This document shows positions 61,471 to 64,000 of a DNA stretch of 64,000 nucleotides, one piece after another. Both the position numbers and the translations under genes were made by a program. The notes under the pieces were generated by a model. It was not told where the DNA came from and searched no databases. It saw only the letters and a list, made by a program, of their open reading frames with translations. Every line of letters starts with the position of its first letter. Position 1 is the stretch's first letter. Source of the stretch: Octopus bimaculoides (taxonomy: Eukaryota). The stretch spans positions 176,777,059-176,841,058 of the forward strand of contig NC_068982.1 of assembly GCF_001194135.2 (NCBI RefSeq). The letters run 5' to 3'.

Positions 61471-63289
61471 GTATATACATGAACATATAAACATATATAT
61501 ATATACATATACATACATAGACACAAACATACTTACACATACACACAAATATATATATACATATGTATATATATGTTGATATATATATATAAACATATAT
61601 ATATATACTTATACACACTCACGCACATAATATATATATATGAATGATGTATATGTATGTATATATATATATATATATNNNNNNNNNNNNNNNNNNNNNN
61701 NNNNNNNNNNNNNNNNNNNNNNNNNNNNNNNNNNNNNNNNNNNNNNNNNNNNNNNNNNNNNNNNNNNNNNNNNNNNNNNNNNNNNNNNNNNNNNNNNNNN
61801 NNNNNNNNNNNNNNNNNNNNNNNNNNNNNNNNNNNNNNNNNNNNNNNNNNNNNNNNNNNNNNNNNNNNNNNNNNNNNNNNNNNNNNNNNNNNNNNNNNNN
61901 NNNNNNNNNNNNNNNNNNNNNNNNNNNNNNNNNNNNNNNNNNNNNNNNNNNNNNNNNNNNNNNNNNNNNNNNNNNNNNNNNNNNNNNNNNNNNNNNNNNN
62001 NNNNNNNNNNNNNNNNNNNNNNNNNNNNNNNNTGTGTGTGTGTGCATGTGTGTTTGTGCATGAGTGTGTGTGCGTGTGTGTGTTTATGGGTGCATGCGTG
62101 CGCGTGTAACAAAAGTTATAGATACACAGGCCCAAATAAGTTTAAGGCTGATGATAATAGTTCAATTCCATCATTAATACATTCTTAACAAAATTGTATA
62201 AAATTATTTTACTGTTTACAGTTTATGTAGAATTTTTTTTCGCTTTCCAATGAGATAGGCATTATATATCTTTCTATAATTCGAATAATTTTAATGCTTA
62301 ATTAAATGAAATGATTACAAATTGTCGGTAAAATAAGTTTAAGACCGTACCAAGATTATGCAAATTCATGAACCAAATGGGTGGTCATAAAGCTGGTCGT
62401 AATGCACTGCGTTGTTTAATAATTCAGCATCGTTACACATTAATTCACTAGGGGAAAGTGTCGCAATATCAGCTTAGTTTATAGATTAAAGATCGTGTTG
62501 TTTCATCAGCAAAATGTGCCCTTCATGAACAGTAGCAAGCAATTAGGATGCAGCAAAACGGCTTGTGTTCAGGCATCGAAGTTTTTCCAAATCACTGGTC
62601 AATACAAAGATCGGCAAAGAATGTGCGCTCCGAGAGAATATTCATCTTTACACCATTTAAGGGCACTGCGTATATAGAACAGATCCTCTTAATTGTCCAT
62701 TCCGTGATAAATGGAAACGACTACCTTCCTATTTCAATTTGGTAACGTGACTACGCATTCTGGACAGGCTGCGGTATATAGTTTTTAAAGTTTAGCATGC
62801 AGTCAACTTTTGAACGAAAAGTAAGTCTGTTATGACAACGTCATTTACAAAAGCAAATCACGCTGGTAGTAATAGTAACCAGTGCATTTCCCTTTAGATA
62901 ATTTGCTCACAAGAACGCTACCATGGCCATCAAAGAGTGGAGTAGAGAAACTGTATATCTTATTATGGAGGCTGTATCCAGTGACTGTCATTGGTCACGA
63001 ACATTTCAAGGCATATCACACAAAGACAATTTGGAATGAAAATAATTCAACTCTTTGTGAGTCAGTACATAGGGAAACGATGCATATGCAATCGATATAT
63101 TTAGAGGATAATTGGGTGGCGTATCTTTCCGAGTGTCGCAATGTATACATATACTCCGTAAATATTTATTTTTCTTTATCACAATAAGTTCTATATAGTT
63201 GTCTTTTAAATATTATTTGCACTAGAAGCTTAATTCCGAAACCAGATAATATTGATATTCATGTTTTAATACAGCAGTGATTGTGTTAG

Positions 63290-64000
63290 GAAGTTTCTTT
63301 CTGTTTCTACTCATCTGTTGTTCACTTTAAAAATACTTTCATTAAAGATATATTATCTAAGCCTGGCTGTACACAGGCCTACAACAATTTTCTTCTCGCT
63401 GTTGTCAAAACATTTGAACCTGAACTAGGGTCCCTTAGTGCAGATTTGTGTTCATAATTGCTCCCAACATTCGAACGTTCTCCAGTATGTTGATGTTGTT
63501 AACTATCGACTATTTCAGCATAGTTGGCTGTTTTCTTGTTGCCCGAGTTATTCAAAACTATTACAAATAAATTTCACGCTGCTACCTCAATGAATTTAAT
63601 TGTATTTATAAGTTCCCATCTTCCATAAATTTCCTGATGTAAGGCCCATCAAAAATCATCAAATACCATCAAATACTACCAAATACCATCAAGTACTCCA
63701 CTATTCATCTTTTCACCGCTTAGGCCGGAAAATATGCTGTGGCTATAGTAAAAACACAGTCGATCTTTAATCCAGAGTTTTAAAAAAGTGCTTAATAATG
63801 CCAAGTTTGATATCGATTGGAAGTGGAATAATTTTTCTCAGTTGAAATAAAGACTCTTCAACTACAATGAAAGACCCAGGATTTGGTGTTCGCTGCGTCT
63901 ATTATTAGCTAACCCAATGCTTTCTCCGGTTCTGTTCTCTCACATACATAAAAAGCATTGATATTTGGTGGAACCACTTTGTTACCACAAGAGAAAAGTG
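63290..64000 (-). mobile_element. Chapaev3-like (CMC) transposase pseudogene, running off the window end
   Basis: Minus strand: TKYQCFLCM; KIIPLPIDIKLGIIKHF; FSGLSGEKMNSGVLDG(P)YIRKFMED; GNKKTANYAEIV; RMLGAIMNTNLH. Stops and frameshifts. Confidence 0.7.

Overview
This is AT-rich, microsatellite-dense eukaryotic genomic DNA from a gapped draft assembly, with 11 N-runs, most beside (TA)n tracts. The repeat families look like those of a coleoid cephalopod (octopus-like); this is my recognition, not a database result. I found no complete host gene, rRNA, true tRNA, CRISPR array or prokaryotic system, only a few weak candidate exons. The window is mostly transposable-element remnants. These are tRNA-derived SINEs of at least three families, R4/Dong-type REL-endonuclease LINE fragments, RTE, CR1/L2-like and Tx1/L1-like LINE fragments, an internally deleted mariner, a Chapaev-like transposase remnant and Penelope-like terminal fragments with hammerhead-like motifs. 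The most unusual structures are: (1) a 3.05-kb mosaic of retroelement pieces bounded by 167-bp near-perfect inverted repeats and TA dinucleotides (27981-31031); (2) a 591-bp MITE with GG..CC ends, an exact 8-bp TSD and a central (TAACCC)n/(GGGTTA)n palindrome (17416-18006); (3) an ORF-less ~550-bp element anchored in trinucleotide microsatellites, fused twice to Dong-like coding sequence in the geometry expected from template switching. Family assignments of decayed fragments rest on manual translation and motif recognition and need HMM/BLAST confirmation.
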